A stretch of DNA of 62,346 nucleotides, filler included, from Nemertoderma westbladi (lineage: Eukaryota > Animalia > Xenacoelomorpha), in NCBI GenBank assembly GCA_032718475.1. It is 3 parts of 3 records of this genome, joined end to end, with 100 filler letters (N's around TTAATTAATTAA, not from the genome) between each part and the next. Parts side by side here need not be neighbours in the genome. Positions count along the whole stretch, not along the records: positions 43,346 to 62,346 come from JAUCBJ010008480.1; 2 more parts are not named here. One strand, 5' to 3'. Shown here piece after piece: positions 61,825 through 62,346 of the stretch (the stretch's first letter is position 1; each line of letters begins with the position of its first letter). A program made the translations under genes and the position numbers. The notes under the pieces are model-generated. The model made no database searches, had not been told where the DNA came from, and saw nothing but the letters and a program-made list of their open reading frames with translations.

Positions 61825-62346
61825 AGCTGAAGCGTAAATTTATACCGGTACAGTTACCGAGTTTTATGTTTTTTTTAAATAGGCATAATTCAAATATAAG
61901 AAAATAATAGGCCTAATATATAACACAGCTGTACTGTCTGACAGTAGGACTGTAGCTAGTAGACTGCCAGAGACAGACACTGCTTGCTACCTAGTACATA
62001 TAACGGTACCGTACAAATATAAAATTTAATAGACTTAACCTGCGAACCAGCACATAATACAGTAATAATACGGAATACCGGTATACCAACTAACTAGGCT
62101 TACTGTCTGACTGTCATACTGGTATTTATTATTATAAGCTGTCTTCAGTCGGCCTTTCAATACACTGACAAGAATGTCAGAGTGCAGACTGTAGCAGTAA
62201 CAGGAACAGCTGAGCAGTAACAGCTGAACAGTAACAGCTGAACAGTAGCAACTGAAGAAAATATTGTTTCAGTAAGTTCGGGAAGTTTAGTCGACACAAT
62301 TCAAATTTCCCGCCAGTAATAACACTAACACGTTCGTGGGTCCTTC

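Overview
This is animal (probably invertebrate) nuclear DNA, not prokaryotic. It consists of three contigs joined by 100-nt N/TTAATTAATTAA spacers (17237-17336, 43246-43345), so order across the spacers is unproven. Most of the window is nested retrotransposon sequence: three BEL/Pao LTR elements (two related copies in opposite orientation, plus a second family), six RTE-clade LINE copies with (TAG)n tails, one RTE-X/Proto2-like LINE, two CRE-clade remnants and a Penelope-like element. There is also a decayed Chapaev-like DNA transposon, several MITEs and several hairpin-containing tandem repeats. Host genes are an intronless mitochondrial helicase DDX28 (60112-61824, -), a multi-FN3 cytokine-receptor-like membrane protein with a single coding exon (47077-49923, -), and probable isolated exons. 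The best novelty candidate is the second BEL/Pao element (about 18650-29761). At the env position it carries a ~1240-codon extra ORF combining a WRN/EXD/Mut-7-type DEDDy 3'-5' exonuclease domain with three CCHC-type zinc knuckles and an RG-rich tail. The same element has its own splice acceptor for that ORF, five dispersed copies of a ~22-nt near-palindromic motif (two inside coding sequence) and a tRNA-like Pol III unit in its putative LTR. All family assignments come from motif recognition by eye; no database search was run.
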